64,000 nucleotides of DNA, from assembly GCA_016783065.1 (NCBI GenBank), contig JADHXI010000001.1, forward strand, positions 23,610-87,609, in the 5' to 3' direction. The translations under genes were made by a program, and so were the position numbers. The notes beneath the pieces were generated by a model that saw only the letters and a list, made by a program, of their open reading frames with translations, was not told the DNA's origin and did not search any database. Positions 63,528-64,000 of this stretch are shown here, piece by piece; position 1 is the stretch's first letter; each line of letters begins with the position of its first letter. This stretch comes from Desulfobacteraceae bacterium (GTDB lineage Bacteria; Desulfobacterota; DSM-4660; Desulfatiglandales; Desulfatiglandaceae).

Positions 63528-64000
63528 ATGAAGGTGGTGGCCTTCAGCGGTAGCGCCCGCAAGGATGGCAACACCGCTATTCTGGTGCGGGAGATTTTTA
63601 AAGAGTTAGTGCAGCATGGCCTCGAGACCGAGCTGGTGCAGCTTGCCAGTATAGAAATCAAGGCCTGCCTCGCCTGCTACCGGTGCTTTGAAAACAAAGA
63701 TCAACACTGCTCGGTCGAAGACGACGAGCTTAACCAGTTCATTGATAAGATGCTGGCCGCAGAGGGAATTATCCTGGCCTCGCCCACCTACATCGGAGAC
63801 GTCACCTCTATTATGAAAGCCTTGATTGACAGGGCGGGGATGGTTTCACGTGCCAACGATAACATGCTGAGGCGCAAGGTGGGAGCGGCGGTGGCCGTGG
63901 CCAGCTGGGGCGGGGCCATCCACACCTTCGACTCCCTGAATCATTTTTTTCTAATCGGCGAGATGATAGTCGTGGGGTCGAGTAATTGGAACCTGGGCTT
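63528..64000 (+). CDS. iron-sulfur flavoprotein (Isf)-like FMN reductase, 3'-truncated by the window end
   Basis: AAGGAGAG SD. MKVVAFSGSARKDGNT, Cys motif CLACYRCFENKDQHC (C-x2-C-x2-C-x7-C), ASPTYIGD. The frame is open to base 64000. Not in the ORF track because no stop is reached. Confidence 0.7.
   Translation, partial: MKVVAFSGSARKDGNTAILVREIFKELVQHGLETELVQLASIEIKACLACYRCFENKDQHCSVEDDELNQFIDKMLAAEGIILASPTYIGDVTSIMKALIDRAGMVSRANDNMLRRKVGAAVAVASWGGAIHTFDSLNHFFLIGEMIVVGSSNWNLG

Overview
Densely coding bacterial window with about 53 protein genes. I saw no rRNA, tRNA or CRISPR array. The content is a carbohydrate, polyol and ketol catabolic super-cluster. It holds five FGGY-family sugar kinases, two of them LsrK-like. 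It holds three paralogous TPP-dependent E1alpha/E1beta/E2 (acetoin/pyruvate-dehydrogenase-type) sets, each in a different gene order, with a single E3 and an AcoX-like kinase. There are two CUT1-type sugar/polyol ABC importers (one of the two-ATPase + DUF2160 'glycerol-type' architecture), several polyol/alcohol dehydrogenases (Fe-ADH, Zn-MDR, SDR, D-2-hydroxyacid DH), a UlaE/SgbU-like 3-epimerase, a class II aldolase-fold protein, a long transaldolase, and RpiR and GntR/HutC regulators. From about 52 kb to the window end the GC content rises visibly. That block carries a Liv-type ABC importer whose LivF ATPase is fused in one frame to a Tm-1-like (UPF0261) ATP-binding domain. Divergently from it sit two tandem PEP-hydrolase-like TIM-barrel genes, which correspond to the other half of the plant Tm-1 architecture. 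This is the most likely uncharacterised system here. Intergenic DNA is rich in structured repeats: a ~250-bp nested palindrome (2 copies), a ~150-bp MITE-like element with conserved termini (2 copies), a 185-bp palindrome, and GC-rich REP-like elements with tandem oligomers. It also holds three decayed gene remnants (E1beta, SDR, SorC-type regulator). Isf-type Fe-S flavoproteins, DUF2148 and C_GCAxxG_C_C proteins suggest an anaerobe. All product calls rest on motif and family recognition by eye; no searches were run.
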